A stretch of 59,106 nt of DNA, counting the filler. It is 5 parts of 5 records of this genome, joined end to end, with 100 filler letters (N's around TTAATTAATTAA, not from the genome) between each part and the next. Parts side by side here need not be neighbours in the genome. Positions count along the whole stretch, not along the records: positions 1 to 7,071 come from DRR378314_104; positions 7,172 to 20,099 come from DRR378314_113; 3 more parts are not named here. The stretch is one strand, 5' to 3'. This document shows positions 1-10,340 of this stretch, piece after piece. A program made the translations under genes and the position numbers. Numbering within the stretch: the first letter of the stretch is position 1; each line of letters opens with the position of its first letter. The notes beneath the pieces were generated by a model. That model saw nothing but the letters and a program-made list of their open reading frames with translations, ran no database searches and had not been told where the DNA came from.

Positions 1-460
1 GCGCGCACCACTGTCCAAGGTGGCACGTTCCCACCCGCTTATGGCGCAGGCGAGCTCTTGCCCAGCGGAACTCGCCGAAACGCCCGGCCGCGCCGAAGCA
101 GCGTCTCTTTCCACGCTGCATTCGTCTTCGAAGTGTTCCTGTATAACGAAAATGGCGCGGTATATAGGTTTGAGAGCAGGTGCCGAAACTCTTGATGTAT
201 TGGAGAGGCCAACTTAGTCCGGATCGCGGGCGGAACCGAACGCAGTGAACGAGGGCGATGCTCGGTAGCGCATGCCGTGCCGCAGCTCGCAGCGCACAGA
301 ATGCTGGGACTTCCTTTTCGAAAAGGTCGCACAGTGCCTATATATGGGCGCTTGGTGCGCGTTCTCTCTTGACTACCAAAGCAGGAGCGGTGGATGCGAG
401 AGTATCAAGTGCAAGGCTACCGGGTCGGGCTCCACCGAGCCCCGTAGTGCGGCGCGAGAG

Positions 461-3400
461 TTAGAGGGCGACGTGTACGAACCTGGAGACCTTCGGCACG
501 CCCAGTCCGTCTGGTGACAGTGCGAAATCAGTCTGGTCACTGCCGGGAGGGTGGAACGTCAGAGGTGTGTCCGCACCGAAAGCAGCATCAGAGTCTGTGT
601 TCCTCTGAACACCAGTGCCCTCGCTGTGTACTGGGTAGTTTTCGCGGCGCTGTCTGGTTTCCTCCGGAGACTCGATTGATGCAGGTCGGTTTGCGCTCTT
701 ATCGCATTCAGCATTGTGGCAGGACGCGACTCTGAACAGGAACTGCGCGGGATCGTCGTTGCCGTCTGGGTGCCTGCGAAGAGAGGCTTGCGCGCCGACG
801 GGAAGCGCTCGAGCGGAGGTATAAGAAGCGGACAACGCTTCTTGCGATGGTTCGCCGTCCACCCACGATGAAATTTCATCCTTTTGGAAGAAAGTACTGT
901 CCGTGCTTCGTTTGATGGTACTGCGTGACGCAAGGCGTTGCGGTGTAGCAAGCCGCGTGGGCGTTTTCGCGAGACTCCGCTGGCGTGTTGCTGTTGCTTT
1001 CTTCGTCTGCTCGTCACCGTTCCCATTTTCTGATTGCAGTTTTGGTGTATTGGATGATGCGCCACGGATATCGAAGCTCTGGTGTAATGATTCTATATCA
1101 CCTGCTCGACTCCTTGGACGAGTGCTCGCTTGGGTGTTCCCTGGAGCTGTCGGACCAGGTAGCGACCGTTGCCGCCGTTGCTGCAGCGGTGTCGGGCTCA
1201 GACGCCTCTTATTCCACGCGCTTCCTGTCTCGTCCACAGGGACCCTCTCTTTCGTTGTTGTACTTCGCAAGCCTTGTGCGGAAGGCTGGCGTTGAGGGAG
1301 AGACTCTGTTGTCTGTTCATGGCGGGAATCTGTATCATCGTGTGGAAATGACCTAGCGCGCTGCGCCGGCTGATCTAGCGAGACACGCCCAGAGCTCTCG
1401 GCGGTCCTACGAAGGCTCGGCAGGACATCCTTTGTTGCAGTTCTACCGTCTTCGATAACATACGCAACGTGGCGTTCTTGAAATATTTTATACTGATCAT
1501 GGATATGTGGGTGCCTGATGGATGCAACGAGGCCTTGGATGATGCGCCACGGCGCGCTGTTTAGCGCGTCGAGTTTGCTGGAGGCGGCTGCCCGCTCCCA
1601 CGCGCAGAATTTTGCAAAGAGCTCGGCGAGACGCTGTGCGCGCGCCACATCCTCTGCTCTGAGATCGGGTCGCAAGCGAATCGCGTCAACGTGTTGGACT
1701 AGCTTATTCTGTTGAAGTTGAGCACTCCAACTACGTATACAGGCACGTCTTGCAGCTCGATTTTCTTGTTGCCAAATGTATCGCGCCCTTTCTACTATGG
1801 CGGATGGAATAGACGTGTGCTGCTCTTCGTTCCCCATCTCTCCCGTCGCACCGTGCACCTTCCGTCTGGGCATGATTGTGCGGGCTATGGCGCGCGAAGA
1901 CGCACTTCGACTAGCAGCCGCAGGGTGGCGAAAGTTGTGCGGTGATTCTCGTCTCGCCTGATCATCTGAGCTCCTCGCGGACACAGCCGCAGGTGAGGTC
2001 CGCGGTCGTTGCACGTCCAACCAGGTTGCTCCTGCGACAGCTTCTCGCTCCGGCGGCGCTTGAGGCGAACTCACATGCTGGGCCCGAGTGGACCGATCCT
2101 CATCGCTGTCCGCTCGTAGAGAAAGGAGTTCATCACAATCCGTTGATTTTACTGCACCGAAAATATTTTCAGAAGAGAGAAGAGATTCTTTCTGCATGGC
2201 AGGGCGCTCCTTGCTTGCGCGCGCTTGCCGGGGCTGGCCCGCGAGGAGCGGCGCAGCACGGCTGGTCGCTTCGTGCAGAGAATGCTGCATAAGCTTAATC
2301 TCAGATCGGAGTTGAGCAATAATTGTCGCATCCACTGAGGCTCTCGTACGACTGGCATCCTCGCTGGCCTTGTGGGCAGCCGCAGCGTCATTCCGCTCGC
2401 GCATTACCCGTATGAGCTCAGTGCGACGCTCGTGCGCAATCCTCGCAATTGTGTGCGATGTCCGGTCCAGCAGCGCGCCGCAGTGGGCAGCCACTTCTTC
2501 GGGCGCTAGGTTCTCGTTCGTTAAATGCAGAGCCACGAGAGTCGCTTCTCGATTCATTCCCTGTATGTGTAGCCCTTCTTCGACAAGATGTGTGCGTAGG
2601 GCAGATTCCGGATCGTTGAGCGCGTGCACTGCGAACCTGTATACGGTATTTGCGAGGCCAAGGACTGGAATGAGGATGTCCTTTGTTATGGTCGCCTCCG
2701 CCTCGCGAATGGCAGATCCTGATGCTTCATTCCTAATATGTGTAATGACCTGAATGATTTCATCAAGGTATCCTCGCAGATCAGTGTCTGGTACCTCCGT
2801 GGAAGACGGCAGAGGATTCGCTGCTGCACGATGGATTGCTTCACGAGCTGCAGAAAGTTTTCGCTGCAGCTTACTCAGGCGGGCGGCATGCTCTTCCTCC
2901 ATGCGAGTCAGCTTGTCCCTGTATCCGATAACAATATCGAGCTTTTCCTCTGACCAACGCTTTCGAGCTTTCTCTAAAAGAATGTCTTGCTGATGATTGT
3001 ACTTTATGCGCGCATCTTCAGTTGCGTCGGCTGTATTCTGCGGATAATCTGGATCATGCGGGGGACCGGCAAGAGCGGTCGCGAGGCGGTCCTGCAGCGC
3101 CACAACGTCCTGTTGCAGAGCTTTGGATCGCGCCGACTCCCTCTCTAATTCCGCACGAAGAGCCCTTATCTCCTCGCTGCCTGCCGCATTATTTTCGCCA
3201 CCTGAAAGTACCGGTTCGTCATCGTTGACTTGGTGAGCGGCCAACTCGCTGTTGGTCTTGCTATGCTCAAGTTGAGCTCGCACTCGCTCTGCCACTGCGA
3301 TGTCGGCTGCCTGCGTTGCCCTCGCCAGCTCTTCTGCTGCACTGCGCGTTTCGTCGCGAGCGCTGTTCAATGCATGTTCAAGATGAGATATTCGTGCGTT

Positions 3401-5398
3401 TGCTTCAGCAAGCAGCGTTTCGTGCTCCGTTAGAGAAGGTCCGCTGCTAGCCTCTTCGGAAGGCTGCGTCTGTGTACTGGCAATTCGTGTGCCAGAGTCG
3501 ACGGGTTTCCTGTCGGGGCCGGAGCGAATGTCGCGAACTTCCGTGGTTCTCGTGCCGGAGTTTGGCGGTGCAGCGGGCTCAGTCTGCACGGGAGAAGGTG
3601 CACAAAGAGATGTACCATTCTCCCCAAATGGTACTTGAATGCCCTTGTCTTCACTGGTATTCCTCTGCATTGCTACGTGGTCTATGTACACCGGAGGTCC
3701 CTGCGAAAGCGTCTGCACGAGCTCTTGCGACTTTGCTGCCAACGCGCTCGCGAGCTCGCCATTTTCTGATTCAAGCAACGCCACTCGTTTGTTCAAAGCG
3801 TCAATTGCATTACGCAGCGCGATAACCTCTTCAGAATCTTCAGTGTCAGTGTACGTCTCGCTTGAAGTTTGCGCACTCGCATGCCGCGGGCGATCTTCCG
3901 CCTCTGCTGTTACGGTAACATCTTGGCGAGCTTCCTCACAGGGTTTGCCCTCGTGACTTGCAGTGCGCACTCCGTTGCTATGTAGAATGCTTCTCATCTC
4001 GGCAAGTTCCCGTTCCCGTACGATGAGATCGTCCTTCAACGACAAAATATCGCTTTTGTACTGCGATAGCTGCGCCTTGTGCTGCGAATCAAGTTGTGCG
4101 ACAAGCTGGGAACGCATCATCTCGTGTTCGTGCCGCGCCCGCTGTCGCTCATTTTCGAGCTCGAGCGCGTGCGAGGCGATGAGCTCGTCTGCTGCTGCGC
4201 GGCGATCACCATCGCCGATGTGTTCCGCAATGGCACCGGCACGCAAGTGTGCAATGTCTGCAGACAACGCCTCGTTGACTTTTGTCATTCGCTGGAGCCG
4301 TGCTTTGAGCTCGGTAATCTCGATTTCTGCGTGCCGAAGTGCTATTTCTGAGTCGGTACGCTCCTCTGGAGCGCTCTCTTCCGGAGGCCGTTCTTTGGTC
4401 GCAGAACTTGCACCACGCTCGCTCTTGCTCAAGAGCTCCTGAATTTCTGTGCGCAAGCTATCGCGATTTTGCTGAGAATGTTGTACTTGCCGCTGCAGCT
4501 CGGCGCGTAGTGACGCGATCTCGACGAGGCGCCTCTGTAGTGCACGCTCCAGCGCCACGGACTGCTCTGCCTTCAGAATCCCTGCCCGCTCAGCAGCGAT
4601 TACAGATCTCTCGGTTTCTCTGCACTGCGCTTGAAGTGCCGATGCGTTCTCTTGTATAAGCATGAGATCTTTGCGCTCTTCTTCAAGTCTGTGTATATGT
4701 TGCTGCAAGTGGTTCACTTTGGAGCGCGTGCGAGCGCCGATGCTCTGCAGAAAGTGCACGCGCTCCATTGACGCGCGTTCCCTGTCAGCCAACATACTGA
4801 CGGTCTCGCCGTCCACTTCTAGCGAGGGCCCACGATTTCCTTCCGCGGGAGAAGTGGGGAAATCATCATCACCTCTCTCTTGTGCGTGTGATGCCAAACG
4901 GATAGCTTCACTCGTGTCGCTCTGGGTTCCTTGCAGCGCGGAAGCCAGAAGCTGCTGCTGCGACGACCGGCTTGCGTCAACGTGCTCGAACGCGTCTTCC
5001 ACAAAGCCGTGCAGGTCGCGAGCCTCCCACTTTCGCAGATGCAGCCGGTCGTCTTCACTGAGGGGCGGTGCTCTTTCGTCTGAGTAATCACCATCATTTT
5101 CATCCAGAGAAGTAAGGACAGCTCGAACGCGATCTTGGATTGCATCGAGACTCTTGCTTGTCGCAAGGCGCTTTTCGAGGTATTCGAGTTTGCGTTCGAC
5201 ATCTCGCTGCAGCGCGCGTTGCTCGCTGGGCGCCTGCTCCTGCTTGCGGTGCAAATCGCTGGGAAGGAATACTGAGTAGTGACGTCGCAGCGCATGTGTG
5301 AGGACTTCATTCTCAGCTGACTTGATTGCATACGAGCTTGCGCTTGCGCGAGGAGACGCCATGAGAGTGCTTGAAGTTCGCGTTTCCTTTGCGCGCAA
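461..5398 (-). CDS. Large coiled-coil / low-complexity eukaryotic protein of unknown function (1645 aa)
   Basis: Uninterrupted 4.9-kb ORF with E/Q/R/A/L-rich heptad segments and an S/P/R/T-rich C-terminal region. The true start may be the Met at 5362. The 3' end might be spliced further toward the window start. Confidence 0.75.
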   Translation of the reverse strand: MRAKETRTSSTLMASPRASASSYAIKSAENEVLTHALRRHYSVFLPSDLHRKQEQAPSEQRALQRDVERKLEYLEKRLATSKSLDAIQDRVRAVLTSLDENDGDYSDERAPPLSEDDRLHLRKWEARDLHGFVEDAFEHVDASRSSQQQLLASALQGTQSDTSEAIRLASHAQERGDDDFPTSPAEGNRGPSLEVDGETVSMLADRERASMERVHFLQSIGARTRSKVNHLQQHIHRLEEERKDLMLIQENASALQAQCRETERSVIAAERAGILKAEQSVALERALQRRLVEIASLRAELQRQVQHSQQNRDSLRTEIQELLSKSERGASSATKERPPEESAPEERTDSEIALRHAEIEITELKARLQRMTKVNEALSADIAHLRAGAIAEHIGDGDRRAAADELIASHALELENERQRARHEHEMMRSQLVAQLDSQHKAQLSQYKSDILSLKDDLIVRERELAEMRSILHSNGVRTASHEGKPCEEARQDVTVTAEAEDRPRHASAQTSSETYTDTEDSEEVIALRNAIDALNKRVALLESENGELASALAAKSQELVQTLSQGPPVYIDHVAMQRNTSEDKGIQVPFGENGTSLCAPSPVQTEPAAPPNSGTRTTEVRDIRSGPDRKPVDSGTRIASTQTQPSEEASSGPSLTEHETLLAEANARISHLEHALNSARDETRSAAEELARATQAADIAVAERVRAQLEHSKTNSELAAHQVNDDEPVLSGGENNAAGSEEIRALRAELERESARSKALQQDVVALQDRLATALAGPPHDPDYPQNTADATEDARIKYNHQQDILLEKARKRWSEEKLDIVIGYRDKLTRMEEEHAARLSKLQRKLSAAREAIHRAAANPLPSSTEVPDTDLRGYLDEIIQVITHIRNEASGSAIREAEATITKDILIPVLGLANTVYRFAVHALNDPESALRTHLVEEGLHIQGMNREATLVALHLTNENLAPEEVAAHCGALLDRTSHTIARIAHERRTELIRVMRERNDAAAAHKASEDASRTRASVDATIIAQLRSEIKLMQHSLHEATSRAAPLLAGQPRQARASKERPAMQKESLLSSENIFGAVKSTDCDELLSLRADSDEDRSTRAQHVSSPQAPPEREAVAGATWLDVQRPRTSPAAVSARSSDDQARRESPHNFRHPAAASRSASSRAIARTIMPRRKVHGATGEMGNEEQHTSIPSAIVERARYIWQQENRAARRACIRSWSAQLQQNKLVQHVDAIRLRPDLRAEDVARAQRLAELFAKFCAWERAAASSKLDALNSAPWRIIQGLVASIRHPHIHDQYKIFQERHVAYVIEDGRTATKDVLPSLRRTAESSGRVSLDQPAQRARSFPHDDTDSRHEQTTESLPQRQPSAQGLRSTTTKERVPVDETGSAWNKRRLSPTPLQQRRQRSLPGPTAPGNTQASTRPRSRAGDIESLHQSFDIRGASSNTPKLQSENGNGDEQTKKATATRQRSLAKTPTRLATPQRLASRSTIKRSTDSTFFQKDEISSWVDGEPSQEALSASYTSARALPVGAQASLRRHPDGNDDPAQFLFRVASCHNAECDKSANRPASIESPEETRQRRENYPVHSEGTGVQRNTDSDAAFGADTPLTFHPPGSDQTDFALSPDGLGVPKVSRFVHVAL

Positions 5399-6275
5399 AA
5401 GCGCCTGCAGCTAGACAGGCGCGCAGCGATGGCGTACGCGTTCGATAGCTCGCTGGCAAGCTAGACAGACTGCGGCGTTTCTGTGGTTTGCTTGCGCGAT
5501 TACTTTCGACGTAGATGCACTGTACCAACTTCTTGTCTTAGCGCCACAGGCTACACCATGGTTTGCAGAGAAACAAATATGCCAGGAACTTCCAGTCGTA
5601 CAAGCGTACTGGGCTCCTCTTGTAAAGAAAGCGTAGGGCCGGCCCCGACGCAGTGGGGCGCGTTGCGAGCGCGTGGCTCCGTGCTTTCCGGGTCCTGGAC
5701 GGCAGCACGAGGCGCTCGGCACGAATCGCAGGAGCGCGGGAAGGGCCGGAAGGGAGGAGCGAGCTCGGCTGCGACAGTCGATTCTTTCTGCAAGCGGTGA
5801 GATCAAAAGGTTCCGACCTGGCGTTGCATGCCGGGAGGTTGCGCGGAACACGTGAGCGGGGGCAAGTGTGCGGAATTCCGTCGGCGCGAGGCGGATGGCT
5901 CGTGGTCGCTACTGGGCTGGCGATGTGTCCGGTCGCACGGTCTGCATGCGGGACGCCAGGTCGCTCCTGCGCACGGCGTCGTGTCTGCAGAACCAAGGCA
6001 GCATCACCGGGGAGTAGGGTGGGGGATACGCTGAGAAGCTGCATGTCTCGGCGCTTGCGCAGAGCACGCTGCGCGCAACGCGCCAGCGTTGCGCAAGAGC
6101 AGGACCTGCGGTCCCTGGCATTCGCCTTGGGGAAACGGGAGCGTTGGGGCCCCGCATATATGTGGACCGCTGAGTAAATCGTTTCGTGCTTGCTGAGTAG
6201 TCTCTGTTTCGTGATCGCAGTGCCCTTGTACATGGAGTGTATTGCCGGCGGAAGGAAGTGTGCTGAACGTCGGCA

Positions 6276-7043
6276 ATGGGTGGTGCAGCTCTCCAGCGCG
6301 CGCGACCCGCGCGCTGCGACCTGCTAGCTAAGGAGCGCTTTGAAACGCAGAAGGCATTGGAGGAGACGCTGAATGCGCGCCTAATTTCTTCCCAAGGTGA
6401 ATTTCTAGATTTTAGCAAAAGGTTTTGGTGGAATCGAGCGGTAGAGGTGAGATTCGCGACTCCGAGGGGCCCAACGCACGAGAGCCGCTGTTCAGGGAAC
6501 GGCGGCTGGCGCGCTGGCCGGTGCGTGATACGAAGCTGAGCTTTCTGCGTTTGCATCTCTGTGCGCTCGCCCATATTTCCGCGCGCAGCTGTTGAACTTC
6601 TCCGCGCCTCCGTTGCTGATATAGATATAGGAACGATTGCGCACAGACTCGATATAGGAAACTCGTCGATCCCCGGGGCCAACCGCGGCTGTTTCCTCCG
6701 TGGAAAGGTGGCGCGCGGGAGGGTTGTCTGTCTATATCCTGGTGCGTTGCCCGTGCGACGCGTGTGCTCACCTCGGAACCGCTGGCCAACCACACCGTGC
6801 AACTGCCGTTGTCTTCTCTTGGCGAGAAGTTTGTTTGTCCCTTGATAGAGGAGTATATTTTCTGCTGTGAATTTTCATGTACCATCGCTTAGGACTGCTT
6901 TCAGGCGCTCCGCTTCTCGTTCTATCCCCCTTTGGTCTGTTTCTCCAGGAACTGTCTATCGGCCTGGCGACGGCCTGTTCGTGGCCTCGCTGCGGAATTC
7001 CTTTGTCCTCCGTTGCCCATCTGGGTTCAACGTCGACGGCAAG
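6276..7043 (+). CDS. SETD9-like SET-domain protein, spliced, 3'-truncated (proposed exons 6276-6396, 6589-6741, 6949-7043)
   Basis: GT-AG introns 6397-6588 and 6742-6948 join in frame to give SSIPGANRGCFLRGKVARGRVVCLYPG-TVYRPGDGLFVASLRNSFVLRCPSGFNVDGK, which resembles the SETD9 motif SS.PGAG.GVF...YPGTVY...N.F..RC..G..IDG. The start codon is uncertain. Confidence 0.65.
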
Positions 7044-7071
7044 GTGTGTGTGTGTGTGTGTGTGTGTGTGT
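7044..7071 (+). repeat. (GT)14 microsatellite at contig end, probably the start of an intron
   Basis: Pure GT run directly after AAG and running into the N spacer. Confidence 0.95.
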
Positions 7072-7171
7072 NNNNNNNNNNNNNNNNNNNNNNNNNNNNN
7101 NNNNNNNNNNNNNNNTTAATTAATTAANNNNNNNNNNNNNNNNNNNNNNNNNNNNNNNNNNNNNNNNNNNN
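7072..7171. other. Artificial contig linker
   Basis: N-run + TTAATTAATTAA (stops in all six frames) + N-run, 100 nt. Confidence 0.99.
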
Positions 7172-7313
7172 ATACAGGCAAGAAACCTATCGAGCAGTGA
7201 CTCCGTTATAAGCAATTTCCGGCCTCGGTCCAAGCTAAAAGTTTGAACTCTCTGCAACGGCGGGATAGCGTTCAGCCATATGAAAATAAGGGCAGCGCAG
7301 GATTGTTCTCAAA

Positions 7314-9140
7314 ATGAGACCATTATTTTTCTCACGTCTACGGTCTGCAGCAGGTGGAATCGCACTCCTTACAAGCGCGAGTCTCACCTCTGCAGAATCA
7401 GCCCATGGAATCGCCATGTACGGCACACCCGCTCTTCCGCAGGATTTTGAATCGCTGCCATATGCAAATCCAGAGGCGCCCACAGGCGGAACCGTGGTCT
7501 TTGGCAACCTTGGGGGGTTTGACTCACTCAATCCGTTCATTCAGAAAGGCAATCCGCCCTGGCAAATGCGGTTTTGGGCTTACGAAAGTCTGATGGGTCG
7601 GTCTTACGATGAGCCCTTCACGCTTTATGGGCTGTTGGCCGAATCAATTGAAACTGCAGAAGACCGATCATGGGTCGAATTTACCCTGCGCGAGGAGGCT
7701 GAATTCTCCGACGGCAGCCCGGTCACGGTCGAGGATGTGATCTGGTCCTATGAGACGCTCGGCACCGAGGGCAACCTGCGCTACCGTGGGTTCTGGGCAA
7801 AGGTCGATAAGATCGAGAAAACCGGCCCACGCAGCCTGCGCCTGACCTTTAATGTCGAGGATCGTGAACTTGCGCTGATTGCGGGCCTGCGTCCGGTCTT
7901 GAAGAAGACGCAGTGGGACGGGAGATCCTTTGCTGAGGCCTCCCCGAGCGAGGTCCCGATCGGATCTTCACCCTATGTGGTCAGCACGTTCGAGCTTGGC
8001 CGCTCGGTAACCTTTGACCGCAACCCCGACTATTGGGGTAACGATTTGCCGCTTCGTAAGGGTACCAATAACTTTGACACGATGAAGTTGGAGTTCTTCG
8101 GCGATCAGACGGTTCTCTTCGAGGCCTTCAAAGCCGGAGACCTCTCGGCCGTGCGCGAATTCAACGCCGCAAAGTGGGACAAGGACTATAACTTCACGCG
8201 GGTGCAGGACGGTGCGGTGATCAAGACCGAGATCCCGAACCAGAAACCCTCCGGGATGACCGGGCTGGTCATGAATTTGCGCCGTGCGCCATTCGATGAC
8301 TGGCGGGTTCGCCAGGCGCTGATCGAGGCGTTCAATTATGAATCCATCAACGACACGCTGACCGGCGGCCGCCTGCCCCGCATCACGTCCTATTTCTCCA
8401 ACTCCTATCTCTCCATGCAACCGGGCCCTGCCACCGGCCGGGTCGCCGAACTACTGGCGCCCTTCGCCGACGACCTGCCGCCCGGCACGATGGACGGCTA
8501 TCAACTGCCAGTCAGCGATGGCACCGCAAGCAACCGCAAGAACCTGCGGCGCGCGCGCAAACTGCTACAGGATGCCGGCTGGACCGTCGACAATGGCGTC
8601 TTGCAGAACGCGAACGGCGAACAACTGGAGCTGAAGGTTCTGCTGCAACACGGCAACCTAGGTGAAGCAGAGATGCAAAAGGCCGTCGATATCTACGCCA
8701 CCGCGCAGGAACGCCTTGGCATCAAACTGACCACCGATCTGGTAGACGGTGCGCAATATGTCGAACGGCAGAGCAATTACGACTTTGACCTGACCTTCTT
8801 TCGCCGCGCCCTGTCCCTCAGCCCGGGGAATGAACAGATGCTCTACTGGGGGAACAAGGGGGCAGACCTGCCGGGGTCTCGCAACCTGATGGGCATGGAC
8901 AGTCCGGCGGCTGAGGCAATGATCCAGCATATGCTGACAACAGAGTCTGCCGAGGAGTTCATCTCCGCGACACGGGCGCTGGATCGCATCCTGACCGCTG
9001 GGCGCTATGTTATTCCGATCTGGCAATATGCCAAGAGTCGTATCGCGCATGACGCCGACCTACGCTATCCGATGCGCACACCGATCTATGGAGACGGATA
9101 TTACTACATGCCCGAAGTCTGGTGGCACGCCGAGAATTGA
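7314..9140 (+). CDS. ABC transporter peptide-binding protein, family 5 (YejA-like)
   Basis: Signal peptide, HGIAMYGTP..P.DF..LPYANP.AP.GG, FDSLNPFI.KG, YGLLAESIE and FSDGSPVTVEDV motifs. Confidence 0.9.
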   Translation: MRPLFFSRLRSAAGGIALLTSASLTSAESAHGIAMYGTPALPQDFESLPYANPEAPTGGTVVFGNLGGFDSLNPFIQKGNPPWQMRFWAYESLMGRSYDEPFTLYGLLAESIETAEDRSWVEFTLREEAEFSDGSPVTVEDVIWSYETLGTEGNLRYRGFWAKVDKIEKTGPRSLRLTFNVEDRELALIAGLRPVLKKTQWDGRSFAEASPSEVPIGSSPYVVSTFELGRSVTFDRNPDYWGNDLPLRKGTNNFDTMKLEFFGDQTVLFEAFKAGDLSAVREFNAAKWDKDYNFTRVQDGAVIKTEIPNQKPSGMTGLVMNLRRAPFDDWRVRQALIEAFNYESINDTLTGGRLPRITSYFSNSYLSMQPGPATGRVAELLAPFADDLPPGTMDGYQLPVSDGTASNRKNLRRARKLLQDAGWTVDNGVLQNANGEQLELKVLLQHGNLGEAEMQKAVDIYATAQERLGIKLTTDLVDGAQYVERQSNYDFDLTFFRRALSLSPGNEQMLYWGNKGADLPGSRNLMGMDSPAAEAMIQHMLTTESAEEFISATRALDRILTAGRYVIPIWQYAKSRIAHDADLRYPMRTPIYGDGYYYMPEVWWHAEN

Positions 9141-9149
9141 AACCAAATG

Positions 9150-9174
9150 AACCGGCCGCTCAGGCCGGTTTTTT
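9150..9174 (+). terminator. Rho-independent terminator
   Basis: AACCGGCC-GCTCA-GGCCGGTT followed by a T-run, just after the stop. Confidence 0.8.
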
Positions 9175-9387
9175 CCATCTTCCCGGTCACTTATTTGCAT
9201 GCTCTCGTGATCTGCCACATCACGCTAAGACCTCGCGTCCGTCTGGTCAGCGCCCTCACGAGCGGTCGCGCCCGGCGAGACATCGCCGAATATCACAAAA
9301 GCTTCAAATTCCACTGACAGTTTTGTTTTTTCTTGCTACATTGACGCTTAGAATTTCGGATTGTGTCCCATAGATGCGAGTACTCCG

Positions 9388-9609
9388 ATGACGAACTGGA
9401 CTGAATTCGACCTGACGCGGAGTCTCCCGCGTTTACGGCAGAGATTTCCCGACCTTGTCGTCGACAGTCGACTGTGTGCGGTCACGCAGGCGGATGATCT
9501 GATTGAAGCACTCGCCGCTGCCCAAGGTATATCGATGACAGAAGCCCGCGAAGAGATGCGGGATTTTCTTTATCTAGAAAGCCTCAGGGCGGAGTTGACC
9601 GTTCGTTAG
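9388..9609 (+). CDS. Small hypothetical protein (73 aa, helical)
   Basis: ORF MTNWTEFDL...RQRFPDL...LAAAQGISMTEAREEMRDF with plausible composition, filling the gap between two genes. Confidence 0.6.
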   Translation: MTNWTEFDLTRSLPRLRQRFPDLVVDSRLCAVTQADDLIEALAAAQGISMTEAREEMRDFLYLESLRAELTVR

Positions 9610-9639
9610 CAGGCGTTTCAACCTCCCGGAAATTGCCCT

Positions 9640-10263
9640 TCAGACAAGAGATGTCACCCACAGGATCGTGGCATCGTCAGAACTGGTCGAAACCACGTTA
9701 TGCCCCATGGCACCGTCGTAATAGGCACTGTCGCCACGCCGCATCTCGATGGGTTCGTAGAACTCGGTGAACAGCTTTACGACGCCGGTCAGCACATACA
9801 TGAACTCTTCCCCGTCATGGCGCACCCAGCCATCGAACTCGTCCAACGCCCGTGCGCGCACCCGCGCGCGGTAAGGCAACATATTCTTGCGCGTCAGCCC
9901 GTCCGCGAGAAGTTCATGTTCGTAGGTCGCCGTCGCGTGGGCAGATCCCTCACCGAATTTGGTCACGATCATGCGTCCGTTGACCTGATCGCGTTGCGGC
10001 GGAGTGAACAGCTGTGGGACCGAAATCTGCAATCCCACCGCGAGTTTCTTCAGCGCATCATAGGTCGGCGACATCTGACCATTTTCGATCTTGGACAATG
10101 TAGACCGCGCCAGCCCGGCCTGACTGGCCGCATGCTCCAATGTCCAATCGCGCTGTTTGCGCAGCTCCCGGACCCGCGCCCCCAGATCAAGAGGTTCAGG
10201 GTCGCTCTGTTCGCCGTTGGCATGAGCAATGGAGATCAGTTTCTTCGGATCGCGTTCTACCAT
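9640..10263 (-). CDS. XRE-family HTH + cupin transcriptional regulator
   Basis: LGARVRELRKQRDWTLEHAASQAGLARSTLSKIENGQMSPT HTH; HDGEEFMYVLTG...GDSAYYD..MGH cupin. Start set at the Met at 10263. Confidence 0.9.
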   Translation of the reverse strand: MVERDPKKLISIAHANGEQSDPEPLDLGARVRELRKQRDWTLEHAASQAGLARSTLSKIENGQMSPTYDALKKLAVGLQISVPQLFTPPQRDQVNGRMIVTKFGEGSAHATATYEHELLADGLTRKNMLPYRARVRARALDEFDGWVRHDGEEFMYVLTGVVKLFTEFYEPIEMRRGDSAYYDGAMGHNVVSTSSDDATILWVTSLV

Positions 10264-10340
10264 GAAAGTCCTATAGATCCGCGTTGGGGACCTTGCAACG
10301 CTGACTTGCTCATATTTCACCCGCAGGCTAGGCATTTCAT

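Noticed and set aside
5411-6275. Overlapping ORFs between the large ORF and the SETD9-like gene
   Set aside because: No motifs; likely intergenic DNA or unresolved 5' exons.
7116-7127. TTAATTAATTAA palindrome repeated four times in the window
   Set aside because: It is an artificial six-frame stop linker inside N-runs, not a biological repeat.
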